64,000 nucleotides of DNA from Eledone cirrhosa (GCA_964016885.1 OZ024748.1:14074001-14138000); one strand, 5' to 3'. Positions 29,762 to 46,459 are shown, counted from the first letter of the stretch. Program-made: numbers and translations. The notes: a model not told the origin generated them from the letters alone.

Positions 29762-30672
29762 TTTAATTGATCACAAGAACATCTATTTTATTAATATTTG
29801 AATTTAATATTATATATATATAGTTATTCGTTTTCAAATGCATAACCGAAAATGGTAGCTGAAGTAGTTATAACCGCTGAACACTAGGAGATTTTTACAA
29901 TAAACTGTACATAAGGCTACATACAATTTCTTTAAAAGCACGAATTCCTAATATGAACGTTTGTGTATACGCGTAAAACAAAACATTACATTAAAAATAA
30001 ACCAAAAACTACTAATTATATCATATTTTAATTAACATCTTTCATTCTTCTTATTGACTATACATGGTAATTAATTATTAATTAATTAATGATATAACCC
30101 GATAATTGGAATCTTCAAAATTAATAGGACCTATAAAGAATATTTTACCTTAACAAATGCATTCTGTATATAGGTGTACCCTAAGGGAACATTTTGTTTA
30201 CAATTTAAATAATACTAACGTCTTACTAAACAATAGTGCTCAACGCAATTATTTTGACCAGTAATACACTTAGGCATTTAAACGAATAATCATGTATTAT
30301 GTGGACTAATTTTTTACACAATAAATTCTGTATAAATATCAGTCTTCAAAATGGAGAAACAAATTTCACATGTTAGATGGTACGCACACTCATACTTAAA
30401 TGCACGATACTATACATATGTATGCACTCTTACATATGAATTTATATTTTTGTTTCTCGATTTTGAAAATTCTAAACTAAGATTTATATATATAAATACA
30501 AACCTATATCTATGTACCTGCTTATATAGGAGATAGATTTATTGGTAGATAAACTAAATTTAATCCTAGACTATGTGTATAAGGACCCGAAGAAATTAGT
30601 CCTGACTCAAAATTATGTATATATATATATATATATGTGTATGTGTATGTGTGTGTGTGTGTGTCTGTGTAT

Positions 30673-30704
<32 letters not shown>

Positions 30705-30965
30705 CTGTGTGTGTGTGTGTTTGTGTGTTTCTTTATTTCAAGTATTTCCTTGTTCACTTGGCTCAATATCAGTTGTAAACTAATACAAAACTATAATTGA
30801 CATTTCCAGCATTCTCCTATTTACTTCCTTCTAAGCCGTCTTTCACAGAAACACACACATACACACACGAAAACACATTCATAAGCAGAGACAATTACAC
30901 ACACACACACACACACACACAGATATATGTGTATGTATGTGTGTGTATATATATAATATATATAT

Positions 30966-30996
<31 letters not shown>

Positions 30997-31919
30997 TTCA
31001 AAAACACGAACGCGTTAGCTAATTAAGTCTTCGTGTCGTGACCAGTGAACTTTTTCGTGTAACTTCATCTATAATCACTATTACCATCATTATCATTACT
31101 ATCATCATCATCATTATTATCAGTATTATTATTATTATTATTATTATTATCAAATAGGGGGAAATTGTTCTTTAACCATTGAGAGGATAATGTGTTTCCC
31201 GTCTTGTTTTGTTCTCTTCCTATTTACTGTTTTATGATTTATTTTCTTTTTGTATATCCTTTTCTTTTCTCCATTATCGTCTTTCTTTTCATAATTTACT
31301 TTAGTATTTTCAACTTTTCAGCTTCGTAGTTTATTGTTATTTAAAGTCTGCCAGAATCAGGTAAATTCTTTGCAAATTTGTTTGCAAATTTTTTTTTTAC
31401 AATCTATCGAAAGACTTTTGATAAATATTAAAGAAAATTGTACTTAATTCACTGTATAACTCAACTGATAGAATTGGTGCAGACTTTCGAGAGAGACAAA
31501 GCTTTCTTTATAGAATTTCACCTAACTTAATGTCTTCATTTTGTTACCATATTTCTAATGAAATCCACGGTCTACTATTTTCAAATTATTTTGAAACAAA
31601 TAAAGAATTTTGCAGCATTGTTATTCATTGTTACTCGAGTATTTGGAACATAAATTAAAAGTTTATATATAAATGATGTTGGAAATGTTTATATAAACTT
31701 ACATACGTTAAAATAATTCCCTTTTTTGCCATAATAGCAATGGTTGTGTCAGGTAGTTTATTATCAAAAGGGATTAAACATATATTTCAATTTTACAATT
31801 TTAGTATACGTACATCAGAGATAATGACCCACGGGTACCTTCTTCCTTTTACATCGGGCCCTCAACTTGTAACGTACTCGCAGGGCTGTTGTCCAAATGT
31901 AATTTCGGAATGCGATTAG

Positions 31920-32003
31920 CGTCGATCTAATCAACTTTCCACTCCTTCAAAATTGCTGTACTTGTGCCTATATCAGAAACCCTTATCAATATTATTATTA
32001 TTT
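31920..32003 (+). mobile_element. 3' fragment of SINE S1 (long variant)
   Basis: GTCGATCTAATCAACTTTCC...AAAATTGCTGTACTTGTGCCTATATCAGAAAC followed by (ATT)n. Confidence 0.7.
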
Positions 32004-32347
32004 ATCACGACCAACTTAGATGTGGCTTTGGGCCGGTTATTTTAGAGAATAACGAGATACAACTAATAATTTAGAGTAACTCCAATATTTTCATATCATT
32101 CTTTATCATTTCACAATTGTTGGTAGTAAAGAACCTTTCTCAATATTTGCACTGTTCCCTGTAGGCATGAGGTCTGGAGTGGTTCAATCCCTTTGGCAAA
32201 ATATGTTTTTGACAGGTAGTTTTCAAAGTTCATTGCCACCCTGCCAGGAGCACCAATCACCACTTCATTTCTCCATCATTTCAAGATCTCATTCTTTAAG
32301 CCAGTATAAGTCCCTAATTTCTCTTCATTTCTTTCAATTCTAGTGAC
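32004..32347 (-). pseudogene. Second R4/Dong-clade LINE 3' fragment
   Basis: TRIERNEEKLGTYTGLKNEILK*W..VVIGAPG....FENYL......LQTSCLQGTVQILRKVL aligns by eye to the C-terminus of the 23493-24068 ORF; (ATT)n on both sides. Confidence 0.75.
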
Positions 32348-32395
32348 ATTATTATTATTATTATCATTATTATATTATTATTATTATTATTATAA

Positions 32396-32712
32396 GGGCG
32401 GTGGATTGGCAGTATCGGTAGAGGGTCGGATGCCATGCTTTGCAGCATGGAGTTATGGCCCTTTATAATTTGAGTTCAAATCCCGCCGAGTTTGACTTTG
32501 CCTTTCATCCTGACGGGATCGATAAAATAAAGCACCAGTCACGCACTGGGTTCGATGTAATCGACTTTCCCCTCCCCCAAATTACTGGCCTTGTGCCTAT
32601 ACTAGAAATCATTATTATTAGAGATAATTTGACTTTGCCTTTCATCCAAAATAAAGTACCAGTAATGAACTGAGTATTTGCTGGTCTTGTGCCTAAAGTA
32701 GAAACACTTATT
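32396..32712 (+). mobile_element. SINE S1 (long variant) plus a tandem 3' fragment
   Basis: A and B boxes, central domain; second partial copy at 32628-32712. Confidence 0.9.
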
Positions 32713-33013
32713 AGAGATGATTTATTCTATATTTCGTCTGAGCTGATATATTAATGCAAATTATAGGATATTAATATTATTTGGAGTGTGTGAGGGAGGA
32801 AGCTGGCGGAATGGGTCAAAGGAGTAACCTAGGTAACGGGGTTTTAAATCAGCTTGGCCGTCTGTAGCAATTATTTTGACGTCGAGAAACGTCACAGGAC
32901 TTAATTTATTTGAGTTGTGTTGTTTTTCTATTTTCATTTCTATTTCCTAAATTTATACCGACAGTTACTGAATAAAATTATACTTTGAGAACCAAAACAC
33001 AGACCCCCCCCCC

Positions 33014-33044
<31 letters not shown>

Positions 33045-33101
33045 TGTATATACGTATATACATATATATATCCATATATATATACATACATAATAAATAT
33101 T

Positions 33102-33137
<36 letters not shown>

Positions 33138-33893
33138 AACACACAATCACCGATAAAGGAAGAGCGAGAGTGGGCGAGAGAGACAACGTAGCAGAAAAGT
33201 AATATGTGTATGTGTGTGTTGTGTATATGTGTGCATGCATGCATGAATATGTGTGTATGTATGTGTGTGTGTGTGTGTGGTTGTGTGTATATGTGTGTAT
33301 GTGGTTGTGTGTATGTGTGTGTATGTGGTTGTGCGTATGTGTGTGTATGCGGTTGTGTGTATATGTGTGTGGGTATGTGTGCATGTGTGTAGGTGTATGT
33401 GTATATGTGTGTATGTGACTGTGCAGGGTGAGTAGGCATGTATGTGTACGAAAGTTTATTTAGAAGAAAACATTATTTAATATCGCATTTACTGTGTGTC
33501 TATTAACATAATTTTATTGATATTTTATATAGTCACATCTGAAACTATATACAATTATTGTTACTCTTGCAAGAACATTAGTCTTCGGTAATTTTTTTTT
33601 ATTCGAAAAAGAATGTATATTTTTATGTATTTTTCCAAAACGTCTTTGTGGAAATATTGAAAATGTCCCCTGCTGTCGTTATCAATATTCTGTTAGGAAA
33701 TAACAAGCAATTACTACTATTTCAAATTGTATAGGTTTTCCCTTAATAAATTATGATGACAAATACATACGACATTATAAGCATACATAACCGAGTTACC
33801 ATGTACGAAATATGTGTTAAGACAGAAGTTACAGAATCATTATGTAACATATAGTTTAAGAATAGACAAGACAAACACAGAGATGAATAAACG

Positions 33894-33961
<68 letters not shown>

Positions 33962-34270
33962 TTATTAAAATAACAGATTAAAGGTTAAGCAAAGAATCGC
34001 TGCTTTCACCGTTAACGGGATATTCTGAAACTAACAAAGTCAATCTGTGAACGCAGAAGTGAATATTTCAAAAAACGTTGCAACCGGAGGAAGACAGGAA
34101 GACGATACATTGGTTCGTGGAAACGTTCCCTGGCAAAGAACGGAAAAAAACGAATGTAATACGTCATTATTTGGAGCGGTGAAAAACAATTACACGCAAA
34201 GACAAAACCATGTTTATGGTATAAAAGAAGTCGTAGACTAATATTCTATTAGGTGGTTCATATATATATA

Positions 34271-34468
34271 GCGAAGGAAGTCTGGTAAGGAACCAGGTGA
34301 ACCATAATACACCAGATTACTCCATACTTAGGGCAGTAGAGTGGATAATAGGAAAAGAGTGAGGACCCCGACGGCTGAGCTCCGGTCGTTTCGACAGCCA
34401 GATCAGTTCAGATCAGATCTACTGTCGAAACGGCCGGAGCTCAGCTGTCGGGTCCTGACTATTTTCCT
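34271..34468 (-). mobile_element. Palindromic element P1, copy 3
   Basis: AGGAAAAGAGTGAGGACCCCGACGGCTGAGCTCCGG...CCGGAGCTCAGCTGTCGGGTCCTGACTATTTTCCT; TA flanks. Confidence 0.8.
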
Positions 34469-34478
34469 ATATAAATCA

Positions 34479-34515
<37 letters not shown>

Positions 34516-34789
34516 GTTTCATATAGGGGGATTTATTTTGAATGAAACTATTCTAGTCCTGTAGAAGCGATTTCTGTATTAAACATGATGTTTAAACTTT
34601 ACTAATGTATTTGGTAACTGTGGTTAGCCGAGATTGAACCCAATTCTCGTGTGTGTCTGTGTGAGTGTGTGAGTGTGTCCGTTTGTACGTGTCTTTGCGC
34701 CTGTCTCAATTATGGCACTGTATCATACAGGTATCAGAGTAGTTTCACATATATAGGGCATAGATATCACCCTGGTATATCACATCATA

Positions 34790-35192
34790 AAGGCTGAAGG
34801 TAAAGATCCCCTTCTACCATGCATGACTATGGGATTTGTACCTAGAAAGTTCCCTCTGGGGCACAAATCAGGGCCAGGTTGTTTGTGGAAGACCAGAAGT
34901 CGACCATGTATGCCTGGTTTTCCTCTCCACGCCACAGATGCTGACCGAGTGAAAGACAAATACCAATTGCTTGTTCTTAACTAATATATACAGTGTAGAT
35001 ACATGATATACATTATAATATACACCATATATACACTATATATGATGTTGTCCAAGGGAAAGGACAATTCAGCTTGGTACTAGTGACGTCGCAATAAATT
35101 TCCTCAGCTGAGTGAAACTGGAACAATATTAAACAAATGTCTTGCTCGAGGACAAAAGGCATCACCGGGTCCTGGAATCGAACTCACAACCT
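34790..35192 (-). mobile_element. Second-family SINE-like element (S2), interrupted
   Basis: rc head GAGTTCGATTCCAGG (B box) followed by CTCGAGCAAGACATTT, a motif shared with 63280-63410 and 60150-60255. Confidence 0.6.
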
Positions 35193-35563
35193 CACACCCT
35201 AAACACATACATTTCACCGTGCTATTTCATATTGATATATATCCTTGTGATATATCTCATATTTATCAAATCTTTATATCACATCAATATCACAGATGAA
35301 TATTACATGGATATCATACAAGTATCCCCGCGGTGTATCACATGGTGAGCAAACAGATACCTCATGAATATCGCAGCACAATGTTATATATATATCACAC
35401 TAATATCACACAGAGATCCCTGTCAATGCCAATAAGAAAGCATTTTATCATATACATACAGCATCATTGTATTTCTCACATCCCTCCTACAACTTCAATA
35501 ATACATACTTGTCTCTCTCATACCACCCCTCTCTCTCTCACTACTGGTTTCTGTAATAATTAC

Positions 35564-38450
<2,887 letters not shown>

Positions 38451-38760
38451 TCGATTTTCAACCCCATGGATTTTATCTATTACATTCAGGTATTATATTT
38501 CGAATACCTGATGATATCACCGGATTCATACGGAACCCGGTCATTGAAATGATCATAGTATAATAAACCTTTCAAGGATTTATACAAATCCAGCCTCCTG
38601 TCATTTCATTACAATAATTAACTCCGTAATAGCACCACCAACTAAAAAAAACAAAGACGGATGAACTGCTTTACGTTGAGTACTCTCTATATTATTACAT
38701 TACGATTGACCATACGGAATAGACCAGCTCTATACAGTGGTGAACCTCAAACCTGAATAA
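38451..38760 (+). mobile_element. TA-embedded ~310-bp island carrying a hammerhead (PLE terminal-repeat-like)
   Basis: Unique sequence between two TA arrays; HHR followed by AATAAA. Confidence 0.7.
38504..38561 (+). ncRNA. Minimal type I hammerhead ribozyme
   Basis: ATAC-CTGATGA-tATcACCGG..CCGGTcATt-GAAA-TGATCA(palindrome)-TA-GTAT, immediately followed by AATAAA. Confidence 0.8.
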
Positions 38761-38792
38761 ATATATATTTATATATATATATATTTATAAAC

Positions 38793-38840
<48 letters not shown>

Positions 38841-38903
38841 ATATATATATTTATAAACGTATACATTTATATATATATATATATATATATTTATAAACGT
38901 ATA

Positions 38904-38972
<69 letters not shown>

Positions 38973-38991
38973 ATATATTTATAAACGTATA

Positions 38992-39036
<45 letters not shown>

Positions 39037-39076
39037 ATATATATATATATTTATAAATATATATATGTTTATAAAC

Positions 39077-39118
<42 letters not shown>

Positions 39119-39120
<2 letters not shown>

Positions 39121-39292
39121 GGGCGCTCTATCTCAAAATTATTTTTGAAAAGCATTAGAAATGCGCAGCCGGTACATACTTAAAACCAAAAATTGAATAC
39201 TAACCAATACTTATTACTCATTTTTACTTATTCCTAATTAAACTATTTTTCACTGGGAACAACTTGTCAGCATTTTCTTTTCCTTTTACCAA
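39119..39292 (+). mobile_element. Solo copy of family P2 arm with variant hammerhead motif
   Basis: Homologous to 17215-17387; TTGAAAA-GCATT aga AATGC-GCAG-CCGG-TA; TA flanks. Confidence 0.8.
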
Positions 39293-39514
39293 TATATATA
39301 TATATATATATATACCCACATCTCCCTATATATATATACCCACATCTATATATATATATACCCACATCTATATATATATATATATCCATATTTATCTATA
39401 TATACTCACAAACATCTATATATATACATATATAAATATATATATATATATATATCCATATATATGTACATATATACAAACACACAATACATATATTATT
39501 TGCATACATATATT

Positions 39515-39564
<50 letters not shown>

Positions 39565-40507
39565 TATATACATATATATATATATATATACACGTATATA
39601 TACATACATAAATATATATGCATATACGTATATATACACACATAATCATATATACATTTACACATACACTTTATCGTGCTAAGGAAATTCGTTTCTCTAA
39701 TTTTTGTTTATTGCTGTTAATATTTTTCGTAGATCTATTTTATATAAGGTATTTCCTGCCACATTTTTCGTCTTATATATTCTTCTGTTTCCTATTTTTC
39801 ATTAATCCTTCTCTTCACTTCTCCTGCTGCTCCACCCATCACCTTACCCTACCCTACCATACACTACCCGAATTTCTTCAAGGACATCAGGTTATCTACG
39901 CTCTATTACCTACTTCAACCAATCTACCATTTCAGACCCGCCCTCAAATGCTTCCTATATTTCATTTCCGCCTTCATTTCTAAGAATCAGACGTGAAACA
40001 TATATTTCCCTTAGGCATCAATTTGACGATGAAAGATGTTTTTAAAAAAAACCCAAAAAAACAAAAAGCGATGAGTGAGAGAGTGAGAAAGAAGAAAGAA
40101 TGGGAAAGAAGAAAAGTAAAATAGAAAGAAATTATAGTATATGGTATCGTCTTTATTCCCGCCTAACAAATAACGTGTTACAATGTCTCATCTTAAGTTC
40201 CACCGCCCCATCCAGCGCCAACTAATCAACATCGTCTTATCAGTGCTTAATTCAATGTTACTATATATATCACAATGTGACGTCTAAATCTCCACAAGTA
40301 CATTAATGACGACCAACTAGAGCAAGAAATATAAATATATATTCAGGACAGAGTAAAGTAACAGTTGTGTGGATGCGTACATATTCATATACCTAAAGAG
40401 GTTTCAAGACGAAAACACGTCTAAATGTGTCAGGTAAAGTTGTTAATATAAATATTCAACTTCTCCATTGTGTGTTCGTTGCTCTCTTTTACATTTGTAT
40501 TCATATA

Positions 40508-40539
<32 letters not shown>

Positions 40540-40541
<2 letters not shown>

Positions 40542-40648
40542 AAAAAGTATGACCCCGACGGCAGAGCTCAAGCCGTTGCGACGGCTATTTCTGGTGCGTT
40601 ATGGTCCATCTAGTTCCTTACCAGATGGACCATAACCAAATTCCTTTT
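40540..40648. mobile_element. Rearranged P1 copy 4
   Basis: GACCCCGACGGCAGAGCTC arm joined to TTATGGTCCATCT...AGATGGACCATAA hairpin; TA flanks. Confidence 0.65.
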
Positions 40649-40667
40649 ATATATATATATATATATA

Positions 40668-40861
40668 ATTATTTATTCATCCCAGGTCCAATAGGGGTAA
40701 TCACAGTAAGAAAGGTACTCAATGCATAGCAGAGTGTAAATAATATACAAACGGTTTCTACAGGACTAGAACTGTTTCATTCGGGAGAAATCGCCAGGAA
40801 AACTTTCCTGATGATTTCTTCCGAATGAAACAGTTCTAGTCCTGTAAAAGCCATTTCTATA

Positions 40862-40862
<1 letters not shown>
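40668..40862. mobile_element. Asymmetric palindrome P5 with a hammerhead-like core
   Basis: TACAGGACTAGAACTGTTTCATTCGGGAGAAATCGCCAGGAAA / TTTCCTGATGATTTCTTCCGAATGAAACAGTTCTAGTCCTGTA; CTGATGA-TTTC ttcc GAAT-GAAA-C..G-TC; related fragment at 34525-34582. Confidence 0.7.
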
Positions 40863-40936
<74 letters not shown>

Positions 40937-41030
40937 GTGGAACACTGGAAGGTAATATCCGTAGTGGTAGAGCACTCAGTCCAAAGGACGAGTTAGGTAG
41001 AAGTGGTTACACAAGAGTTAGTTCACCATA

Positions 41031-41070
41031 CCGAGAACAATTGGTTCACCTTCGCGGATCTTCAGCTCGG
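41031..41070 (-). ncRNA. Minimal hammerhead motif (slightly decayed)
   Basis: rc: CCGAG-CTGAAGA-tCC gcgaa GGt-GAAC-CAATTG(palindrome)-TT-CTCGG; 5-bp perfect stem I; 3' side runs to (TA)n at ~40932. Confidence 0.6.
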
Positions 41071-41568
41071 GATGTGTATGGTTATAGGAACAGGAAGGAC
41101 GACCGTACTAACGCGTATGCGCAGAAACTCGGTCACTTCACACAGGTAATACTAGACTGCGTGCGGGAAGTGCAAGGGAGATAACTGCGAAAGTCCGGAA
41201 AGTTTTTAGGTTGAAAATAAAATAAAAAATTAACTCAGTCTCACTTCTCTTAAATTCCCTTTCATTTTGACATGCAGTGTATAGTTGAAACCTCTGTTGG
41301 CAGCCTATAGAAACAAGGCATGTCTCTGTTTTATTCGATAGCGATTCCATTAAGAGAGAAATGTTCATTGTTTCTCCAAGACAACGCAATACATTCCACA
41401 ATGATCAGCAACATTTTGGCAAGAATAACCTACTTCAATTAGAGTTATATCCATTTGCATAAAGGCCAAGGTAACCTAATTAATGTAAGTAACGTAACTA
41501 TCGTAATTAATGTGTTTTTTAACCCCATGTCATTTAGGTGTCATCAGTGGAAATATAACACCTTATTC

Positions 41569-41760
41569 ATTGTAATTACCTCCCCTTAAAAGAAACTTAT
41601 GTCGCCATTTGATTAGTTCTGTAGAAGAGAATTGTGATTATCTACCCTTAAAACAATCTTACGCCGCCATTTTAGTGGTAGCATTATGTAAGAGAATTGT
41701 GATTACCTACCCTTTAAACACTCTTACGCCGCCATTTTAGTAGTAGCTCTATAGAAGGTA
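41569..41760. repeat. Three diverged tandem copies of a ~63-bp unit
   Basis: ATTGTGATTACCTACCCTTAAAAC..TCTTACGCCGCCATTT recurs at ~41569, ~41631 and ~41696. Confidence 0.85.
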
Positions 41761-42589
41761 ATTTAAGTTGCGTCGATGATGACTAAACCATTAGAAACCG
41801 TATAAGAATGTCATTGTTGAAGTTTTGTTCATTATGATCACTCTCATTAATTACACTTATTCATAGTTGAAATGAATTGGAATCTACACTTTTCAGAATA
41901 GAACAAATATATTTCTATTTGTGTTTCCCAGACAACCGAGGCAATATCTATGTTGCCAATCTGTGTGGCGACTAATTTTAATAAAGTGGGAAGAGGTGGT
42001 ACAGCAAATAAATATTAGGATCATTTCATTAAAGTCAGATAGTGGGATATCGTAATTTGACGATACTGGTCCGGCAATAGATATAATAATGATACTGATG
42101 ATGATGATGATGACGGAAAAGTGGTGTAGAAGGAATAGGAGGAGGTGTGGTGGTGGTAGTAGTGGTGAACGATACTGAGGCGATGGTGATGATGGAGGTG
42201 TAGACCATTATCAATATATTGATACTAATGATTTTGTTATTAATTCTTCGTAGTACTACTAGTAGCAGCAGCAGCTGTAGTAGTAATGGTAGTAGCAGTA
42301 GTTGTGGTTCGTGTTGTTGTTGTAGTAGTAATAGTGGATTATTATTATTATTATTATCATTATTGATGGCCCTCGGAAGTCTCCCCCCTATTGGGGAATT
42401 TTTCACTGTTCTTTTTATTACATCCTCTGTTTTGGGGGGTTTTTTACACGCAGAAATGCTCTTTTGTACCGTCCTGTACTGTCCTTAATGTCTACTTTGT
42501 GTAAACCCTTGTCGTTAATAAAGAAAGCATCATTATCATTATCATATGTATTATTATTATTATTAGTAGTAGTAGTAGTAGTAGTAGTT

Positions 42590-42638
<49 letters not shown>

Positions 42639-42639
42639 C

Positions 42640-43150
42640 TACTGGCGAAAAATGTAGAGCATCGGACAAAATGCTTTGCAGCGTTAAATTACGGCTGAGT
42701 TAAAATCCTAGCGTGGTCTCAACTTTGCTTTTAATCCTTCCCGGATCGATAACATAGTACCAGTCTTGTACTGGTACTTTGTTATGTTGGACTTGCGCCG
42801 CCATTATTATTATTATTAAAAGCAAAGTTAATCTAATCCGCCGAGATTAACTTTGCCTTTCATCCTTACGAAGTCGATAAAATAAAGTACCAGTAATGTA
42901 CTAGGATAATTGCTGGCCTTGTGCCAAAAGTAGAAACTCTATTTCAGGGTCGTGGTTTGGCAGTATCGGTAAAGGGTCGGACAACATGCTTTGCAGCACA
43001 GAGTTGCGCCCCTTTCTGATCTGAGTTCAAATCCTGCCGAGGTTAACTTTGCCTTTCATCTTTACGAGGTCGATAAAATAAAGTACCAGTAATGTACTAG
43101 GATAATTGCTGGCCTTGTGCCAAAAGTAGAAACAATTATTATTATTATTA
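42640..43150 (+). mobile_element. Cluster of SINE S1 copies/fragments (42645-42770, 42835-42940, 42947-43150)
   Basis: Central domain repeated three times; last copy full length with (ATT)n tail. Confidence 0.85.
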
Positions 43151-43229
43151 ACTGGAAGGGATTATTTTATTTTGCCCAAGTAAGAAATATCAAACAAACG
43201 AAAGTGGAAGAAAATTGATTTAAAATTAT

Positions 43230-44130
43230 TACTACCACCGCAACTACCACCACCACCACCATCGCAACTACCCTCACCTCCAACAGCATCACAATTACCC
43301 CACCTCCATCACAACTACCCTCACTTCCAACACCACTACTATTTTCCCTACCACCACCACAACTACATCCACCGCCACTAGCACCACAACTACCCTCACT
43401 TCTACCAACAACTCCATCACAACTACCCTTACATCCAGCACCACCACAAACTACATCACAATTGCCCCACCTCCACCATCACAGCTACCCTCACCTCCAA
43501 CACTACTACCACCACCACCACTATCATATCAACTACCCTCACCTCCAACACTACTACCACCACCACCATCATCTCAACTACCCTTACCTCCAGCATCACC
43601 ACCAACTCCATCACAATTACCCCCACCTTCAACACTACTACCACCACCACCATCATAATCTCAACTAGCCTCACCTCCAGCACCACCACCAACTACATCA
43701 CAATTACCCCCCCCCCCCCCCCTTCAACACCACTACCACCTCCACCATTATCACAATTACCCCCCACCTCCAACACCACGACTACGACCACCACCATCAT
43801 TTCAACTACCCTCAATTCAAGCACCACCAGCAACTCCATCACAATTACCCCCACCTAAATACCACTACTACCACCACCACCATCATCTCAACTACCCCCA
43901 CCTCAAACACCACCACCACCACCATTATCACAACTACCCGCACCACTACAACTACCCCACATCCAACACCACCACCATCTCAACTACCCCCACATCAAAC
44001 ACCACCACCACCATTATCACAACTACCCGCACCACTACAACTACCTCACCTCCAACACCACTACTACCACCACCATCATCTCAACTACCCCACCTCCAAC
44101 ACCACTACAACTTTCTCTACCACCATCACT
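43230..44130. repeat. Degenerate C/A-rich minisatellite (CACCACCATC..CAACTACCC..CACCTCCAA)
   Basis: Direct inspection. Confidence 0.9.
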
Positions 44131-44194
44131 ATTTTAAAAATGACAATTAAAATATTTAACGATTATAAATCAAACAGTTCAGGTAAATATCTCG

Positions 44195-45260
44195 TGGTTG
44201 TGTGGTGGTTGTTATGGTGGCGGTTGTGGTGGTGATGTGGTGGTTATAGTGGTGGTGATGTGGTGGTGATGTGGTGGTTATGTGGTGGTTGTGATGATGT
44301 GGTGGTGGCGATGTGGTGGTTATGGTGGTGATGTGGTGGTTGTGGTGGTTATAGTGGTGGTGATGTGGTTATGGTCGTGTTGATGTGGGTATAGTGGTGG
44401 TGATGTGGTGGGTGTGGTGGTTATGGTGGTGGTGATGTGGTTATGGGGGTGGTGTTGTGGTTATGGGGGGGTGTTGTGGTTATGGTGGTGGTGTTGTGGT
44501 TACGGTGGTGGTGTTGTGGGTATGGTGGTGGTGTTGTGGTTATGGAGGTGGTGTTGTGGTTATGGTGGTGGTGTTGTGGGTATGGTGGTGGTGTTGTGGG
44601 TATGGTGGTGGTGTTGTGGGTATGGTGGTGGTGATGTGGTTATGGTGGTGGTGATGTGGTTATGGTGGTGGTGTTGTGGTTATGGTGGTGGTGTTGTGGG
44701 TATGGTGGTGGTGTTGTGGTTATGGAGGTGGTGTTGTGGTTATGGTGGTGGTGATGTGGTTATGGTGGTGGTGGTGTGGGTATGGTGGTGGTGTTGTGGG
44801 TATGGTGGTGTTGTGGTTATGGTGGTGGTGTTGTGGTTATGGTAGTGGCGATGTGGGTATGGTGGTGGTGGTGTGGTTATGGTGGTGGTGTTGTGGTTAT
44901 GGTGGTGGCGATGTGGTTATGGTGGTGGTGGTGTTGTGGTTATGGTGGTGGTGTTGTGGTTATGGTAGTGGTGATGTGGTTAGGCTGGTGGTGTTGTGGT
45001 TATGGGGGTGGTGATGTGGTTATGGTGGTGGTGTTGTGGTTATGGTGGTGTTGATGTGGGAATGGTGGTGGTGTTGTGGGTGTTGTGGTGGTGATGTGAT
45101 TATGCTGGTGTTATTGCGGTTGTTCTGGTGGTTATGTGGTTGTTGTGGTGGTGATGGTGGTGGTGGTCGTCATCATAGTGGTTATGTAGTGGTAGTGGTG
45201 TTGATATTGTGGTGGTGTTGATGGTGAAGGCTGTAGGTGATGATGACTTAGTGGTGATGG
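44195..45260. repeat. 20-bp G/T-rich minisatellite (GGTTATGGTGGTGGTGTTGT)n
   Basis: Regular 20-bp units at ~44450-45050. Confidence 0.92.
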
Positions 45261-45437
45261 CGTTAGAGTGCTGTTCTTGATACTATACTGCCCCCAAAAT
45301 ATATCATACAAAAATATATATCATGTGCGTTTATGTATGAATGCGTATATGTGTGCATGTGTGTGTATGTATCTGTGTGCACGTGTGTATGTGTGTGTGT
45401 GTTCTTGTGTGTGTTCGTGTGCATGTTTGTCTGTTTC

Positions 45438-45470
<33 letters not shown>

Positions 45471-46459
45471 GATTTTGGTTTCTGGAAACAAAGAAAAGCC
45501 TCGCGAAAAATATATATAAATTCCTGCAACATTTATTAACTAGTTAATAACTAATTTATTAATCTGTACTTTGGAATCAAATGAGAATAGCTTGGCTTGT
45601 ATTGTTTTCAGACAGAAATGTTATTACATTCGCTTGTTACATTAAAATGTGTGGTTCTTTCTGTTAAACCCTGAGTAGCTTCCGGCTAAACAAAATGACG
45701 TCTTCCGTGCTTTTCAGCCATAACACATGCAATTTAGCCTTCGGATTTTGTTTGTTTGCATGTACCGCATTCATTTTTATGTCATCGTCGTCGTCGTCCA
45801 CTTTGTTGTTATTGCTGTTGTTGTAGTCGTTGTTTTTGTTGTTTTAGTTACTACTGCCGCCGCCGTCGTCGTCGTTGTTGTCAACGTCGAGTTTGCTTCT
45901 GTTTGTTTTTTTTGTTGTTGTTATTTTTTTTCTTTTTGCGTCTATCCTGATTGTTGTGGTTCTTGTTATTGTGGTTGTTTTCATTATTGTTGTACTTGTA
46001 TTAATTGTTATAGATTCTTGTTGCTGCTGGTGTGGTTATTGTTGTTGTTGTTGTTGTAGCTGTTGTTCTTAACATCTGGCTTTCCTCATGGAAAACAGCA
46101 CTAGCAGTTGTAGCAATACTGTAAAATTGCAGCATTGCTTGCTTTACGCTACACTTCTCTAGAGCAGCCATTGTCAAACATGTAAATAAATCGAGTGTTT
46201 AAATTTACTGAGCCACAATACGTAGTTTCCCCAACATGAAATTAATTAGAATAAAATGGATCCCGAGCTTGTTAGCCGTTTAAACAATTATTTGCAGACT
46301 TCGTATGGAAAAAATATGAAAATATTTGCAGGATATTGGATAGTGTTGTATGCATAAAGGTTGTAGTAATATGGCAGGAATTGAGTATTATGTGAGTTAT
46401 GAAGTTGTTAAATCAATAGAGAAAAGAGTGGATAGAGCGGTAGACGGAGAAAATTCAAC

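Larger units (their letters stand above)
29386..29812. mobile_element. TA-embedded asymmetric palindrome P4 (~160-bp arms) with a hammerhead on each arm
   Basis: 29480-29645 matches rc 29658-29812; left arm extends ~95 bp further to (TA)n. Confidence 0.88.

Noticed and set aside
42362-42530. Possible retroposon 3' end (AATAAA plus (ATT)n flanks)
   Set aside because: Single copy in the window and no diagnostic motif
44405-45221. GYGGG/Cys-rich ORFs resembling structural proteins
   Set aside because: 20-bp repeat cycling through all frames; no splice or other coding evidence
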